From Thermodesulfobacteriota bacterium (GTDB lineage: Bacteria; Desulfobacterota; Desulfobacteria; Desulfobacterales; SURF-7), in contig JBMORA010000056.1 of assembly GCA_049320885.1 (NCBI GenBank), forward strand, positions 1 to 53,549: a DNA stretch of 53,549 nt, given 5' to 3'. Under the pieces are notes generated by a model. The model made no database searches and had not been told where the DNA came from. It was given only the letters and a program-made list of their open reading frames with translations. Shown here piece after piece: positions 37,572-49,661 of the stretch. Each line of letters opens with the position of its first letter. The stretch's first letter is position 1. Made by a program: the position numbers and the translations under genes.

Positions 37572-40073
37572 TCAGGCGTTGTCCTCCTCCCGGGGCGATG
37601 GCGGCTTCTGCCATGCCGTCATGAACGCATCGATCTCCTTCAGGGCCGCCTCGATCCGGTCCACCAGCCGGCGGATCGCCGGCAAGTTCTTTTCCACGAC
37701 GGCGGTTTCGAGACCGGCGGCGGCAATACCGAGGTCCGTCGCGGCGATGTTGCCGGCGGCGCCTTTCAGGGAATGGGCCTGGAGCTTGGCGTTTGCAAAA
37801 TCCTCCCGTTCCACGGCCCCCAGAAAATCGGCGCGAAAATTCCGGTAGGTATCGCAATAGCGGCCGACGATGGTCATATAGGTTTCCAGGGGCAGACCCA
37901 AGCGTTCAAGGCCTTCCCGGACGGAGAGACCCGCCGGGGCCGTCGGAAATTCGGTCGCATTTCCGGTGGTTTCTCCCGCCGCCGCCGAGCCGTCGGAGTC
38001 CTTCCCGCGGCCCTTGAATTGCTTCCGCAGGGCGGCAAAAAGCTCCTTGCGATCGATGGGCTTGGGCACATAATCGTTCATGCCGGCCTCGAGGCATTTT
38101 TCGCGGTCGCCCTGCATGGCGTGGGCGGTCATGGCGATGATGGGCAACTCCGTGTTCGAAAGCTCCCCGCGGATGGTCCGCGTGGCCTGAAGGCCGTCCA
38201 TCACCGGCATCTGGACGTCCATCAGCACCATGTCGTAGGCCTGCCGCCGGACCATCTCCACGGCTTCCTGCCCGTTGGCGGCCTTGTCCGGCACAATCCC
38301 GGCGGTTTTCAGGATCTCGACGGCCACGGCCTGATTGATGGGATTGTCTTCCACCAGCAGCAGCCGCATCCCCGCCATTTCCCGGGGATTGACCAGTCCG
38401 GTGGTGGTTTCCCGGGACACCGGGGCCTGAAAGCCGAAAATCTCCATGGCCGTATCGAAGAGGGTCGACTGCTTCACGGGTTTGATCAGGTAGCTTTCCA
38501 CCCCCGCGGCCCTGGCCCGTTGCATGTCCTTTTCATGACCGGACGTGCTGATGACGATCACGGGCGGCGGCTTGACCTTTCCTTCCGATTTGATTTTCTC
38601 CGCCAGCTGGAGCCCGTCCACATCCGGCAGGCCGGCATCGATCATCACCAGCCCGAAGGGATCGCCCGCCAGCGCCTGTTGATACGCCTGGAACGCCGCC
38701 TTCCCGGTCTGAGATACCTCCACCCGGCACCCGATGGCCTTGAGCATGCGTTTAAGCACCTGGAGGCTGGCCGGATTGTCGTCCACCACCAGCGCCTTGA
38801 CGTTTTTCAACTCCCCGGGCAGCACCGGGTCCCGCTCGGTTTCCTCATCCGATGGCCTGACCCGGATGGTGAAATGGAAGGCCGCGCCGGCCCCTTCCCG
38901 GCTTTCCGCCCAGATCTCCCCCTGCATCATGGTGACGATTTTTTTGCAGATGGTCAGCCCCAGGCCGGTGCCGCCGTACTTCCGGGTGATGGAGCCGTCC
39001 GCCTGGGCAAAGGCGGTGAACAGTTTCTCCGCCATCCCGGATTGAATGCCGATCCCGGTGTCCCGGACGCAGAACAGCAGCTCCACCCGGCCGGAACTCT
39101 CTCCCCGTTTGGCGACGCTGAGGCAGATCTCCCCCTTTTCCGTGAACTTCAAAGCGTTGGAGACGAGGTTGATCAACACCTGGCGCAGGCGGAACGGATC
39201 GGCGATGATCCTTCTGGGGATATCCGGGCCGATGTCCACGATGAACTCCAGGGATTTCTCCTGCATTTTCAGGATAAACATATCCGAGACTTCTTCCACC
39301 ACCTCGCGCAGCAGGAAGGGGATGTCCTCCAGCTCCAGCTTGCCGGCCTCGATCTTTGAAAAATCCAGGATATCGTTGATCAGGCTGAGCAGCGACCGGG
39401 CCGAGGAACGCACGATGTTGAGATACTCCCGCTGCTTGGCGTTCAAGTCCGTGCTCATCACCAGATCGGTCATGCCGATGACGGCGTTCATGGGGGTCCG
39501 GATTTCATGACTCATGTTGGCCAGAAAATCGCTCTTGGCCCGGGTGGCCTCCTCGGCCGTCTCCTTGGCCTCCTGGAGCTTGGCGTTGGTCTTGCGCAGA
39601 TCCGATGTGCGCCGCCTGACGATCCGCTCCAGTTCATCCGAATGGATTTTCAGGGCCTGATGGGCCTTGTTGAGGGCCAGCTGCTGTTTTTTCAGGCGGA
39701 GGTTCAACTGGCGGGTCTGGTTGACCTCCCGGGTGAGGTTCTCCTGGAGTTTGCCCACCACGGCGCCGGCCAGCACCAGGAATCCGCCCCAGGCCAGGAG
39801 GTAGACATACAAATCCAGGGAAGACGCCGGCATGGAAAAATGCCAAGGCTTGACCAGCGAATACACGACAACGAGCAGGATGCAGAGGATGGCGCCCAGG
39901 ACCGATTGCCGCACGCCCAGGTAATACCCGGCCAGAATGATGGGCAGGAAATAAAAATTGAAAAAGGCGATTTTATGGGGAATGAAAAAACTGATCACGG
40001 CCACGGCCCCGAGGATCGTGAAAACGAAGATCTGCTCGAACCGCCGGAACAGAAAGGCTTTGAACCGATTCAC
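37572..40073 (-). CDS. Membrane-bound hybrid histidine kinase (about 4 TM - coiled coil - HisKA - HATPase - REC - REC - Hpt)
   Basis: [60 protein letters not shown]. Confidence 0.93.
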   Translation of the reverse strand: MNRFKAFLFRRFEQIFVFTILGAVAVISFFIPHKIAFFNFYFLPIILAGYYLGVRQSVLGAILCILLVVVYSLVKPWHFSMPASSLDLYVYLLAWGGFLVLAGAVVGKLQENLTREVNQTRQLNLRLKKQQLALNKAHQALKIHSDELERIVRRRTSDLRKTNAKLQEAKETAEEATRAKSDFLANMSHEIRTPMNAVIGMTDLVMSTDLNAKQREYLNIVRSSARSLLSLINDILDFSKIEAGKLELEDIPFLLREVVEEVSDMFILKMQEKSLEFIVDIGPDIPRRIIADPFRLRQVLINLVSNALKFTEKGEICLSVAKRGESSGRVELLFCVRDTGIGIQSGMAEKLFTAFAQADGSITRKYGGTGLGLTICKKIVTMMQGEIWAESREGAGAAFHFTIRVRPSDEETERDPVLPGELKNVKALVVDDNPASLQVLKRMLKAIGCRVEVSQTGKAAFQAYQQALAGDPFGLVMIDAGLPDVDGLQLAEKIKSEGKVKPPPVIVISTSGHEKDMQRARAAGVESYLIKPVKQSTLFDTAMEIFGFQAPVSRETTTGLVNPREMAGMRLLLVEDNPINQAVAVEILKTAGIVPDKAANGQEAVEMVRRQAYDMVLMDVQMPVMDGLQATRTIRGELSNTELPIIAMTAHAMQGDREKCLEAGMNDYVPKPIDRKELFAALRKQFKGRGKDSDGSAAAGETTGNATEFPTAPAGLSVREGLERLGLPLETYMTIVGRYCDTYRNFRADFLGAVEREDFANAKLQAHSLKGAAGNIAATDLGIAAAGLETAVVEKNLPAIRRLVDRIEAALKEIDAFMTAWQKPPSPREEDNA

Positions 40074-40094
40074 GGCACGACTCCTTTTTTTTCG

Positions 40095-41909
40095 TTATTT
40101 CCCTTTTCCCGACTGCCGCTTCTGGGCCGAGAGAATCGTCTTGCGCAGGCGGATGGAACGGGGGGTCACTTCCACCATTTCATCGTCCCGGATGAAATTC
40201 AGCGCCCGCTCGATGGTCATGGGACGGATGGGGGTCAACACCACGGCGTCGTCCTTGTTGGCCGCGCGGATATTGGTCAGTTTCTTTTCCTTGGTCTGAT
40301 TGACATTGAGATCGTTTTCGCGGTTGTGCTCGCCGATGATCATGCCCTCGTACCCCGGATCGCCGGGCACGATGAACAGATGCCCGCGGGGTTCCAGGTT
40401 GAACAGCGCATAGGCCACGGCCTTGCCGTTGCGGTCGGCCACCAGCGACCCGGTGGTCCGGGACTTGAATTCCCCCCGGAAGGCTTCGTAACCGGAGAGG
40501 TAGGAGTTCATGATGCCCGTGCCCTTGGTGTCGGTGAGAAATTCGTCGCGATACCCGATCAGCGACCGGGAAGGCACCGAAAACTCGATCCGGACCCGGC
40601 CGGAACCCTTGTTCACCAGGTTGGTCATCTTGCCCTTGCGCAGGGAGATCTTTTCCGTGACGATCCCCAGGAACGGCTCGTCGCAGTCCACGAACAAGCG
40701 CTCGATGGGCTCCTGCTTCTCCCCGTCCCGGTACCTGAAAATCACCTGGGGACGTCCGACGCTGAATTCATACCCCTCCCGCCGCATGGTCTCCATCAGG
40801 ATGGCCATCTGGAATTCCCCCCGGCCCTTGACGATGAAGCTGTCCTTGTCCTCGGTCTCCTCCACCTGGATGGCGACGTTGCTCAGGGTCTCCTTCACCA
40901 GGCGCTCCCGGATTTTGGCGGACTGGACGAATTTCCCCTCCAGGCCGCAGAACGGCGACGAATTGATGGTGAATTTCATGGCGATGGTGGGATCTTCCAC
41001 CCGGATGCGCTTCAAGGCCTTGGGCCGGTCCCCGGTGCAGATGGTGTCGCCGATATTGACATCGTCGATTCCGGAGAGCACCACGATATCCCCGGCCTCG
41101 GCGCTCTCCACCGCCTTCAGCGCCAGGCCTTCGTAGGTCTGGAGCTGGGAGACCTTGAGCGGTACCGTCTCGTTGTCCTTGTTGATGCAGATCAGGCGCT
41201 CCTTGGCGTGCACCGTGCCGTTGATGATCTTGCCGATGGCCAGCCGGCCGACATAGTCGGAATACCCCAGGTCCGACACCAGCATCTGGAACGGCTCCCC
41301 GTCGGTGCTGCGCGGCGGCGGGATCTCCGTCAGGATGGTGTCGAAGAGCACATCCAGGTTTTCGCCCGGTTCCGACGGCGAGCGCTTGGCCACGCCCTCG
41401 CGGCCCACGGCATACAGGAATGGAAAATCGAGCTGGTCCTCGTTGGCGTCCAGATCGATGAACAGGTCATAGATTTCGTCCAGCACCTCATCGGGCCGCG
41501 CGTCCTTGCGGTCGATCTTGTTGATCACCACGATGACCTTGAGGCCGGCTTCCAGGGTTTTCCGCAGGACGAAACGGGTCTGGGGCAGGGGCCCCTCGGA
41601 GGCGTCCACCAGCAGCAAGGCCCCGTCGGCCATGGACAGGGCCCGCTCCACCTCGCCGCCGAAATCGGCATGGCCCGGGGTGTCGATGATGTTGATCTTC
41701 ACGCCCTTCCAGATGACGGCGCAATTCTTGGCCGCGATGGTGATGCCGCGCTCCCGCTCCAGATCCAGCCGGTCCATGACGCGCTCATCCACGTTCTGGT
41801 TCTCCCGGAAAACCCCGCTCTGCCGGAACATGGCGTCCACCAGGGTGGTCTTGCCGTGGTCGACATGGGCGATGATGGCGATATTTCTGAGCTTGTGGTT
41901 GGTTCCCAT
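40095..41909 (-). CDS. typA: Translational GTPase TypA/BipA
   Basis: [45 protein letters not shown]..., [14 protein letters not shown] 41909 with GGAGG. Confidence 0.97.
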   Translation of the reverse strand: MGTNHKLRNIAIIAHVDHGKTTLVDAMFRQSGVFRENQNVDERVMDRLDLERERGITIAAKNCAVIWKGVKINIIDTPGHADFGGEVERALSMADGALLLVDASEGPLPQTRFVLRKTLEAGLKVIVVINKIDRKDARPDEVLDEIYDLFIDLDANEDQLDFPFLYAVGREGVAKRSPSEPGENLDVLFDTILTEIPPPRSTDGEPFQMLVSDLGYSDYVGRLAIGKIINGTVHAKERLICINKDNETVPLKVSQLQTYEGLALKAVESAEAGDIVVLSGIDDVNIGDTICTGDRPKALKRIRVEDPTIAMKFTINSSPFCGLEGKFVQSAKIRERLVKETLSNVAIQVEETEDKDSFIVKGRGEFQMAILMETMRREGYEFSVGRPQVIFRYRDGEKQEPIERLFVDCDEPFLGIVTEKISLRKGKMTNLVNKGSGRVRIEFSVPSRSLIGYRDEFLTDTKGTGIMNSYLSGYEAFRGEFKSRTTGSLVADRNGKAVAYALFNLEPRGHLFIVPGDPGYEGMIIGEHNRENDLNVNQTKEKKLTNIRAANKDDAVVLTPIRPMTIERALNFIRDDEMVEVTPRSIRLRKTILSAQKRQSGKGK

Positions 41910-42025
41910 AATTTCCTCCCCGGTGATACCGATTCTGCTGCATGACCGGCCCACGATTACGGACCGGAACGGAGGCGCACGCTATCACGGATTGCCTGAA
42001 AAGAAAACCGGAATAACGCTTCCGC

Positions 42026-42781
42026 CTATTTCTCCCCCTCCCCCGGATGCCAGACGATGCGCAGGCGGCTCAACTCCCGGTTGTCGCTCCGCCGCATGAT
42101 CCGGTGCAGGAACGCCGGCCCCGGACAATCCGGCTGGGCCTGGGCCTGGGAGGCGATCATGTCGCCGTAACCGGCGTCGCTGATATAATGAACGTCGATA
42201 TCGGCCGGCAGACGGTTCAGGATGACGGTCTCCGGGCCGGTTTCCAGGGCCCATTCGATATAGGCCGTATTGTTGACATGGCCGTTGAAGTCCAGGTCGC
42301 TCCGCCTGATCCGGAAGACCGTTTCCGGATTCCCCTCCCCGCAGGCGGGAATCTCCGGCAGGTCGTTGTCGATCTGCCGCGGCGGCGCGAGGAGTTCCGG
42401 GGTCATGAGGCGGCTCAGGCGCACCGGCCTCTTGGTCGGGAAATGAATCATCACCCAGATGCTCTTGCCCGTGACGAGCAGTTCCCCCGCCCCGCTCCGG
42501 ATCTCGAAGATTCTGAGTTCATACAGATTTTTATGGGGGCAGCGCCAGGTTTCCAGGTGGATGGGTTCATTCCAGCGCGGATAGGCCCGAATGGTGGCAT
42601 GGTAGCGCTGGACCACCCAGGCATAGTCCCGCGCCCGCAGGTGCAGGGCCGAAATGCCCTGGAGATAGGCATGCTCGCTGGCGGCGTCCTGGAAATACTT
42701 GAAAATGGAGATCGGTTTCAATTGCCCGTCGGTGCCGGTCTCCGAATAGCGCACCCGGAAGGTCCGCTGATAGATATCCAT
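42026..42781 (-). CDS. Acyl-ACP thioesterase (double hot-dog)
   Basis: [39 protein letters not shown]. Confidence 0.9.
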   Translation of the reverse strand: MDIYQRTFRVRYSETGTDGQLKPISIFKYFQDAASEHAYLQGISALHLRARDYAWVVQRYHATIRAYPRWNEPIHLETWRCPHKNLYELRIFEIRSGAGELLVTGKSIWVMIHFPTKRPVRLSRLMTPELLAPPRQIDNDLPEIPACGEGNPETVFRIRRSDLDFNGHVNNTAYIEWALETGPETVILNRLPADIDVHYISDAGYGDMIASQAQAQPDCPGPAFLHRIMRRSDNRELSRLRIVWHPGEGEK

Positions 42782-42800
42782 GAATCGATCCTTTCCCGTA

Positions 42801-45680
42801 CTAAAAGGTATACCCGATGGAAAAATGCACCGCCCCCGGGCTCTCATCGGGTCGCCGGTTGATTTTATGACCGTACATCAAGCCCATGGGGCCGATGGGG
42901 GTGATATAGGCCAGCCCCAGCCCCACGGAAGAATGCCAGTCGTCGTCGCCTTCCCCGGTCAGCGCCTCCTGAATCCGGCCCGCGTCATAAAAAACGGACA
43001 GCTCGACATTCAGCCCCAGATCCCAGCGGGCCTCGGCGCTGGCCAGCAATTCGCTGCGGCCGCCCACCGCCTGGCCGGAAGCGTCGTAGCGGAGCTTGTT
43101 CTCCTCGAAACCGCGCACATCCGCCACACCGCCCAGATAGAAGAGCTGGTCTTCCGGAATGGCGCTCCGGGCGTTGAGGGGATCGATATGCCCGACCCTG
43201 CCGCGCAGGGCCAGGGTGAGGCTCGTGACGGGAGTGTAGTAATAATGCAGCCGGAAGCCGTATTTGTTGAAATCGTCCAGGGAATTCACCAAGCCCCTGG
43301 AAATGTCCATGGAAGCCCCGGCGATCATGCCCTTGCGCGGCCGCAGGAAAAAATCCGACGAATCGTAGGTGATGTTCGGCGACGCCATGAGCACATTACG
43401 GGTCTCGAACGCTGCCAGATCTTCCTCGGGTATGGGCTCGGCAGTCCGCTGGAACTGATCCCGCATTTCATAGCTCAGGCCGAGACCGGCGGTCACCGTT
43501 TCCAGCAGATCGCGGTCAAGGAGCAGGGACGCGCCCTTGGTCCGGGTGCCGAAACTCTTGTTGAATTCCCGCCGCTCCTCGCCGTAGAGATTCAGGCTCG
43601 CCCGGACCCGGGACCACAGGAAACGGGGCTCCACCACCCCCGCCTCGGCCCGGTACCCGATCATGCTGAGCTCTCCGCCCACAAAAGCGTCCTTGTTCAA
43701 CCCCAGCAGGTTGTGGTCCCCCACCCGGCTGTTGGCGTAGAATCGCTTCTGGGTGTTGTACCCGCCGCCGAACTGGAAGAAATAGGGCTTTTTTTCCTCT
43801 ACTTCCACCATCAGATCGATGGTTTCCGCTTTTTCCTTCAACCCCCGGGGACGGATCCGGGCCTTGGTGAAGGCGCCGATATCCTGAATATTTCGCTGGG
43901 AAAGCAGCATTTTCTGAAAGGAAAACGGCTCCCCCGGCCGCTGTTCGAGCTCGTCCCGGATGATCCGCTCCCGGGTGCGGAAATTCCCCAGGTAATAGAC
44001 GCGGCCCATCTCCGCGTAAGGCCCCTTGTCCACCGTGAAGAACACCGCGGCGCCGCCGTCCGCCCCGAATTCCACCCGGCCGGCGGTTTCCACATGGGGA
44101 TGGCCCTGTTCCGAGATGACCGCCGCAAGGGTGTTTTCATCGCTCTCCAGCATATACTCCCGGAAAGGTTCCCCGGTTTTCAGGGCCAGTTTTCCGATCA
44201 ATTCCTCCCGCTCCCCGGCACCGACCCCTTCCAGTTCGATCCGGTCGATCCGGGTTTGGGCGCCCGCGGTGATATCCAGACCCACGCAGGCCCTGCGGAT
44301 CTCGCCGGATTCTTCCTCGCGGAAGGTGATCTCCGGGTGAACGGCGACCTTACGATACCCGTTTTTCAGATACAGCAACACGATGGCGCGGATATCCGCC
44401 TCCAGGGTTTCCGGTACGAAGGGGCCGTCGTGGATCAGGCCCGGAGTTCTGGTCAGCATCTGTTGCCGGATCTGGTCCTCTGCCAGGGAACGATTTCCCC
44501 GGATGACGATGGTCTCCACCACGGACCGCGGGCCTTCCTCGATCCGCACCTTGATCCGCCGCGACGAGACGCCGTTCTCCGTTTCCTCGCCGGTTTCCGC
44601 TTCCACCTTGACCTGCAGATAGCCGGCCCGGTGATAGCGCCGCCGGATATTCTCCAGGCTTTTTTTCAGCCCCCGCCCCCCGCGGTTGCCCTGCTGGAAC
44701 AGCACCAGCTCCTTGGCAAGGGTCCAGTCCCAGAATTCGTGGTTGCCCGCGAATTCGATATCGTAGCGGGGCCCCTCCTCGATCTCGAAGCGGATGGCCT
44801 TGCCGGACGGGCCGTCCGTTTCCAGAACCACCGCGTTGACAAGCGCATCGGCGTACCGATGCTGGCGATAGAATTTCAGCAGGCTTTTGGCGTCGTCCTC
44901 CATGTCCTTCCGATTGAAACGCCGCATGTCGCCGAATAAATAGGAAGTCTTCCAGGTGTTCAACGGCAGGCCCAGCCGGATATCCGAATAGGCCCGGTTG
45001 CCGGCTATTTCCACGTTCCGGAGAATGCAATAGTCCCCCTTGCGGATGGTGACGGTCACGGTGACGTCGCCGTCCCGGGGATCCGTGCGGGCGGACAATG
45101 CGGCGCCGGGTTCGATATACCCCTCCCGCTGGTACAGCTCGATGAGCAGGCCTTCCTGTTCCGGCAGCTTGTCGGCCGCAAAGACATCGCCGGTATAGAT
45201 GGTCATGGCGTTCAGGACTTCCCGCTCCAGAACCGGAAAGGCATCGATCACGCGGATGTCCTTGATCCGCCGGAACGGTTTCAGCAGCAACCGGACCCCC
45301 GGACCTCCGGAACCCGCCAGGGTCTCGGCAACGGTGATGTCTTCAAACAGCCGGGAGGCTTTCAGGATGTCAACGGCTGTCCGCAACCCGGCCGGGGTGA
45401 ACGTCTTCCCCGGCTTCAGGCCGATCAGATCCGCGGCCCGGGATTTCCAGTAGGCCGGGTCGCCGTGCCCGCTCCGGATGTCGATGACGATCTCCATCGC
45501 CGGGGACGCCGGGGGGCCGGAGGACTCCCCGCCGTGCGCGGCGGTGACCATGGCCGCCGCCAGCAGGACCGCCGCCCACAAGGCCGCCCCTGTTCGTCGC
45601 CTATCCCTTCCCGGCCTCACCCGACGTCTCCGCCCGCTGGGCTCACAACCGCCAGCCCCGTTCCGTTCCACCGGTAACAA
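42801..45680 (-). CDS. Omp85-family outer membrane protein (BamA/TamA-like) with an extended POTRA array
   Basis: Repeated Y...GY / I.EG / I.GN POTRA signatures, NLLG, FYLGG..VRGF, TPIGP, C-terminal VHFSIGYTF. Start uncertain. Confidence 0.88.
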   Translation of the reverse strand: MLPVERNGAGGCEPSGRRRRVRPGRDRRRTGAALWAAVLLAAAMVTAAHGGESSGPPASPAMEIVIDIRSGHGDPAYWKSRAADLIGLKPGKTFTPAGLRTAVDILKASRLFEDITVAETLAGSGGPGVRLLLKPFRRIKDIRVIDAFPVLEREVLNAMTIYTGDVFAADKLPEQEGLLIELYQREGYIEPGAALSARTDPRDGDVTVTVTIRKGDYCILRNVEIAGNRAYSDIRLGLPLNTWKTSYLFGDMRRFNRKDMEDDAKSLLKFYRQHRYADALVNAVVLETDGPSGKAIRFEIEEGPRYDIEFAGNHEFWDWTLAKELVLFQQGNRGGRGLKKSLENIRRRYHRAGYLQVKVEAETGEETENGVSSRRIKVRIEEGPRSVVETIVIRGNRSLAEDQIRQQMLTRTPGLIHDGPFVPETLEADIRAIVLLYLKNGYRKVAVHPEITFREEESGEIRRACVGLDITAGAQTRIDRIELEGVGAGEREELIGKLALKTGEPFREYMLESDENTLAAVISEQGHPHVETAGRVEFGADGGAAVFFTVDKGPYAEMGRVYYLGNFRTRERIIRDELEQRPGEPFSFQKMLLSQRNIQDIGAFTKARIRPRGLKEKAETIDLMVEVEEKKPYFFQFGGGYNTQKRFYANSRVGDHNLLGLNKDAFVGGELSMIGYRAEAGVVEPRFLWSRVRASLNLYGEERREFNKSFGTRTKGASLLLDRDLLETVTAGLGLSYEMRDQFQRTAEPIPEEDLAAFETRNVLMASPNITYDSSDFFLRPRKGMIAGASMDISRGLVNSLDDFNKYGFRLHYYYTPVTSLTLALRGRVGHIDPLNARSAIPEDQLFYLGGVADVRGFEENKLRYDASGQAVGGRSELLASAEARWDLGLNVELSVFYDAGRIQEALTGEGDDDWHSSVGLGLAYITPIGPMGLMYGHKINRRPDESPGAVHFSIGYTF

Positions 45681-45692
45681 TTCGTCGCCCGT

Positions 45693-45719
45693 ATCCGTGT
45701 CATCCGTGCAATCCGTGGT
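45693..45719 (+). repeat. Tandem 9-mer repeat (ATCCGTGNN)x3
   Basis: ATCCGTGTC ATCCGTGCA ATCCGTGGT between tamB and the Omp85 gene. Confidence 0.8.
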
Positions 45720-45725
45720 CCACCC

Positions 45726-48700
45726 CTAGCGGAATTCAATCCGGTAATTCAGCTCCGCGCCGTAATCGCCCTTGCTGTCCTGGCTCAAACTCATAATCAG
45801 CCTCTCCAGAAACTTATACTCCGCGGCCGTGCTTTGCACAATCTCGCCGCCCCGTTTTTCCATGCCGTAACGCACCCCCACCCGGCGGGACAGCTCCTTG
45901 CCCACGGTGACCTTCATTTCGGGGGCGTCCATTTCGCCCGTCACCGTCTGGTACTCGACGGTCACGGTGTCCAGGCCCGTGGCGCCCTTGACGCTGTCCT
46001 GGAGTTCCTTGGCCAGATAATCCGCCAGGATCTGGGAGGATTTGGCCGACTGGCCGGATTCATTGGCCATGAGCTCCTTGCTGGTCTTGCCGAACACCAT
46101 CAGGGACAGAATGTCCGCCCGCGGTTCCGGCGGTTCCGAACGCAGCTCGTATTTCAGGTTGTCCGGCGTTCCGGAAATATTCAGGAAGATGATCCACTCC
46201 CGCACCGGCACACTGCTGTCGATCTCGATGGTGGGTTCGATGCGGTAGGGATTCACGAAATCCACCAGGCCTTTTTCGATTTCAAATTCCCGTTTCTGAT
46301 AGGTGATGACGCCGGACGCCACCTCGGCCCGGCCGCTGATCAGGGGGCGCTTCAGGGTGCCGGTCAGCCGCAGGTCCGGTTTCAGCTCCAGCTCGGCCAG
46401 GTTGTTGGATATCACGAAGGGGTGGCGGTGGCGCAGGGCCACATCGAAGCTCAGGTTCTCCAGATACGGCAGGGAAACCGGTTCCGCCGGAGCCTCCTCC
46501 CGGCGGGCGGGCTCGATGATTTCCAGCAGATTCACGTCCACGTCCCGGGTATACTCCCCTTCCAGCAGCAGCACTTCTCCCGCGAAACGGGAGGCCGCGG
46601 GCGTGCCGCTGAGAACGAGGTCCGTGTTGACCAGGACCTCCAGCGTGTCCGGGATCTGCAGGGGCAGGGCATACCCGCCGGCCCGGATCTCGAACCGGGA
46701 GGGTGCGAGGTTTTCCAACTCGATCCGCCCGTTCAGATCCATCCGGCCGGTCTCCAGGCGGCCGGTGATGTTTTCCAGGGCCACGGCCGCCGGGGTGATC
46801 TCCACCCGGCCGGAAACCCCCTCCAGCTTCTGCATCAACACCGGAATGACCAGGCCGATGTCCGCCAGTTCCACCGTCATCCGCGGTTCCGGCTGCCGGA
46901 GGGTTCCCCGGCATTCGGCCCGCACCCGCAGCGTCCCCTCCAGTTCCTCCGGCGCTTCGGCGGTAAAGAGCCGGACCACGGTGACGGGTATCTCCCCGGA
47001 TGCGGAAAAATCAAGGGAATCCTCCAGATCCGCGTTGCCGCCGATATCCAGGAAACCGTTTCCCGCCAGTTGCAGACGGGTACGGGGGAGCGTGAGCCTG
47101 CCGTCCCGGAACCCGGCCCGGAATTGCTCCGCCGTCACCAGCCGGGTTCCCGAACGGCCCAGTTCCAGACGCCCCAGATCCATCTCGGCCGTGATCCCCT
47201 CCGGCGTCGCCAGGTTGCCCTCGCAGCGGACCATGCCGCGAATGGCGGCCTCCAGCCCCTTGTAACCCGCCAGGCCCAGGAACGGCGAGAGATCGGTATT
47301 GTCCAGATCCAGGGCCACGGAGAAATCGGTGGTCCCCAGATGAAGCCGGCCGTCCAGACGCACCAGGTCTTCGGTAGCCAGGCGCAGTTCCTGGTCCCGG
47401 AGATGCACCGACAGCCGGATATCCTGGAGTGTTTCACCCCCGATGCCAAGGTCGCTGATGCCCGCGGTCCCGTTGATTTCAGGGTTTTGAAGACTGCCGG
47501 CGCCGGACAGGTCGCAAAAAAACCGTTCGCCGCCGCGGATCCCCGCCGATTTCAGGAAGTCGATGCGCTCCAGCGGGATCCCCCGGGAAAAGATCCGGAA
47601 GGAACAGGGCTGTTCCAGGGACAGAAGGCCTTCGGCGCGGATCTCCTCGCCGGGCGCCAGGGTCACCGACAAGGGCGCAATCCGCACCGCGTCTTCCGAT
47701 ACCCGGGCCGATAGATGCGCGGATTCGATGCGCTGAACGCCCAGGTCCAGTTCCCGGGCGTCAACGGCCAGCTCCCCCTCGGGATGCTGGAGACTGCCGG
47801 AAAACCGCCCGCTGGCCGTCAGTTCGGCCCTCATTTCCGGCAGGAAATCCTCCAGGAACAGCCGCTCGGCGGCCAGTTGCAGGGTAAAGGCCGGATCAGC
47901 GGGGAAAGCCCCGGTTATGGCATCCGCCAGCGCCAGCGACCCGGAGGCGGTCAGTTGCGAGCGGCCGTTGCGCAGGGCCGCCCGCTCCAGCCGGAGCTGC
48001 CCGTCCCGCATCCGGAACACCGCCTCCACATCGCCCAGGGCATAGTCTTCATACCGCAGGCCCATGCCTTGGATTTTCCCCTCCACCCCGGGCCGGTCCA
48101 GGGTGCCGGCCACCTGCAATGCGGCGGTCAGCGAGGCCTCGGACAAGGCGCCGGCCTTCGCCGGCAGGAAAGCGGAAAGGTCCGCGGCGGACACGGAAAC
48201 GCGCGCGGCCAGGTCGCCGGAAAAAGGGTCCAGGCCCCCGGACAGGTCCACCCGGTTCGGCCCCGACTGCAGCAGCCCCCGGCCGAGCGTCACGCGGCCG
48301 TGATCCAGCGCGGCCCCGGCCGTCATCCGGACATCCACGGGCCTGGCCATTCCCGGGAAAAACAAGCGGCGGACCCGGCCGCGCAGATCCGCCGTGACGC
48401 TCATCCGTTCCGGTTCCACTCCCGCGCCGCGCAGGGAGACGGTGGAGGACAGATGGCCGCCTATGCCTTTCCCGGCCCCCAGGATATCCGCCAGCGCGGT
48501 TTGTTCCTGTGTAAGGGTGCCTTCGTAGGAAAGCCCGTCCCAGGTTTCCGGGCTGGAAAAAAAGTCCCGGGGGAAGACCTTGCGGAAATCCACCTGGCCC
48601 TTCAGGCGGAAATCCCCCCGGGGCAGGGAGGCCTGCAGGTCCCGGATTTGCAGCAAGCGCTCTTTCAGGCCGCAGTCCAGCTTGACGGCCCGGATGGCAT

Positions 48701-49661
48701 GGCCGGCCACGGCCCCTGTGGCCGAAGCCAGTTGGAGATCCGCCGACAGGTCCGCCGGCAGGCCTTTCAACGATCCCCGGACCGTCACCTCCCCGGCCAG
48801 GTCCGTCTCCAGGTCCAGGGCCTTTCGCAGGCCGGCGAGATCCAGATTCAGGCGGATATCCGCATCCAGCAGGGGGTCGGTCCAGAGCCGGGCCAGGGCC
48901 CCGCTGACCTCCAGGTTGCCGGCGGCAAAGGCCGCGTCCAGCCGGGTGGGGAAAAACCGGTTGTCATCCAGGGTGGTTTTCAGGCGCAGTTCCCGGAGGT
49001 CCTGGCCCACCCCCACCATGTCCACCCGGCCGCCCCCGATGTGGAGGTCGAGGACGCCCTGCTCGTTCAGCAGGTCCCCGTCCTTCAGGGCGATATCGAT
49101 ATGGTCAAGGGAAGCCCGGCCCCGGCCGTCCCGGCCGTCCGGGTCGGGGATTTCAAATTCCACGTAGCCGTCCGAAAGGCGCAGGGATTCCACGCAGATG
49201 TTGAACGGCAGCAGATCGCCGCCGGTTTCGGCCGTTTCCGGCTCCGGCTCCGGTTCCGGCTCCCCGGCCGGTTCGGGCGCCACAAAGGCATCCACCAGCT
49301 CCAGGTCCGCATTGGCGTTCCATCGCAGAAACACCCGGGGCTGTTCCAGCACCAGGTCCCGGGCGTGGAGCCGGCCGCGGATCAACTCCGGTAAGGACAA
49401 ATCCAGCCAAAGACGCTTGACCAGGATCACATCCTCGCCCGCCGCCCCCCATACATGGATGTCCCGGATCTCGATGCGGCCGTCCAGCAGCCCCAGGGAG
49501 ACGTCGCCCCAGGCAAAGCGTCCGGGCACCAGTTGATTCAGGGCGGACTGGATCCGGCCCTGGGCATCCTCCGTGGTCACGTACACGCGCAGGGCCGCCA
49601 GGGACAAAAAGGCCAGCACCCCCGCGGCGACCATCAAGGCAATGGCGATTTTCCGGATCAC
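45726..49661 (-). CDS. tamB: Translocation/assembly module TamB (AsmA-like, DUF490 C-terminus)
   Basis: GTG 49661 overlaps the lpdA stop (GTGA). N-terminal TM anchor, long beta-taco repeats, C-terminal LRSEP...DILSLMVFG, VTVGKEL and final YRIEFR. Confidence 0.85.
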   Translation of the reverse strand: MIRKIAIALMVAAGVLAFLSLAALRVYVTTEDAQGRIQSALNQLVPGRFAWGDVSLGLLDGRIEIRDIHVWGAAGEDVILVKRLWLDLSLPELIRGRLHARDLVLEQPRVFLRWNANADLELVDAFVAPEPAGEPEPEPEPETAETGGDLLPFNICVESLRLSDGYVEFEIPDPDGRDGRGRASLDHIDIALKDGDLLNEQGVLDLHIGGGRVDMVGVGQDLRELRLKTTLDDNRFFPTRLDAAFAAGNLEVSGALARLWTDPLLDADIRLNLDLAGLRKALDLETDLAGEVTVRGSLKGLPADLSADLQLASATGAVAGHAIRAVKLDCGLKERLLQIRDLQASLPRGDFRLKGQVDFRKVFPRDFFSSPETWDGLSYEGTLTQEQTALADILGAGKGIGGHLSSTVSLRGAGVEPERMSVTADLRGRVRRLFFPGMARPVDVRMTAGAALDHGRVTLGRGLLQSGPNRVDLSGGLDPFSGDLAARVSVSAADLSAFLPAKAGALSEASLTAALQVAGTLDRPGVEGKIQGMGLRYEDYALGDVEAVFRMRDGQLRLERAALRNGRSQLTASGSLALADAITGAFPADPAFTLQLAAERLFLEDFLPEMRAELTASGRFSGSLQHPEGELAVDARELDLGVQRIESAHLSARVSEDAVRIAPLSVTLAPGEEIRAEGLLSLEQPCSFRIFSRGIPLERIDFLKSAGIRGGERFFCDLSGAGSLQNPEINGTAGISDLGIGGETLQDIRLSVHLRDQELRLATEDLVRLDGRLHLGTTDFSVALDLDNTDLSPFLGLAGYKGLEAAIRGMVRCEGNLATPEGITAEMDLGRLELGRSGTRLVTAEQFRAGFRDGRLTLPRTRLQLAGNGFLDIGGNADLEDSLDFSASGEIPVTVVRLFTAEAPEELEGTLRVRAECRGTLRQPEPRMTVELADIGLVIPVLMQKLEGVSGRVEITPAAVALENITGRLETGRMDLNGRIELENLAPSRFEIRAGGYALPLQIPDTLEVLVNTDLVLSGTPAASRFAGEVLLLEGEYTRDVDVNLLEIIEPARREEAPAEPVSLPYLENLSFDVALRHRHPFVISNNLAELELKPDLRLTGTLKRPLISGRAEVASGVITYQKREFEIEKGLVDFVNPYRIEPTIEIDSSVPVREWIIFLNISGTPDNLKYELRSEPPEPRADILSLMVFGKTSKELMANESGQSAKSSQILADYLAKELQDSVKGATGLDTVTVEYQTVTGEMDAPEMKVTVGKELSRRVGVRYGMEKRGGEIVQSTAAEYKFLERLIMSLSQDSKGDYGAELNYRIEFR

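Noticed and set aside
49236..49264. Short CCGG(C/T)T hexamer repeats
   Set aside because: They encode the EPEPEP linker of TamB.
37452..49394. Long + strand ORFs (37452-39359, 39507-41945, 42780-44939, 45834-47714, 47715-49394)
   Set aside because: Antisense shadows of high-GC genes (hybrid kinase, typA, Omp85, tamB) with no recognisable motifs.
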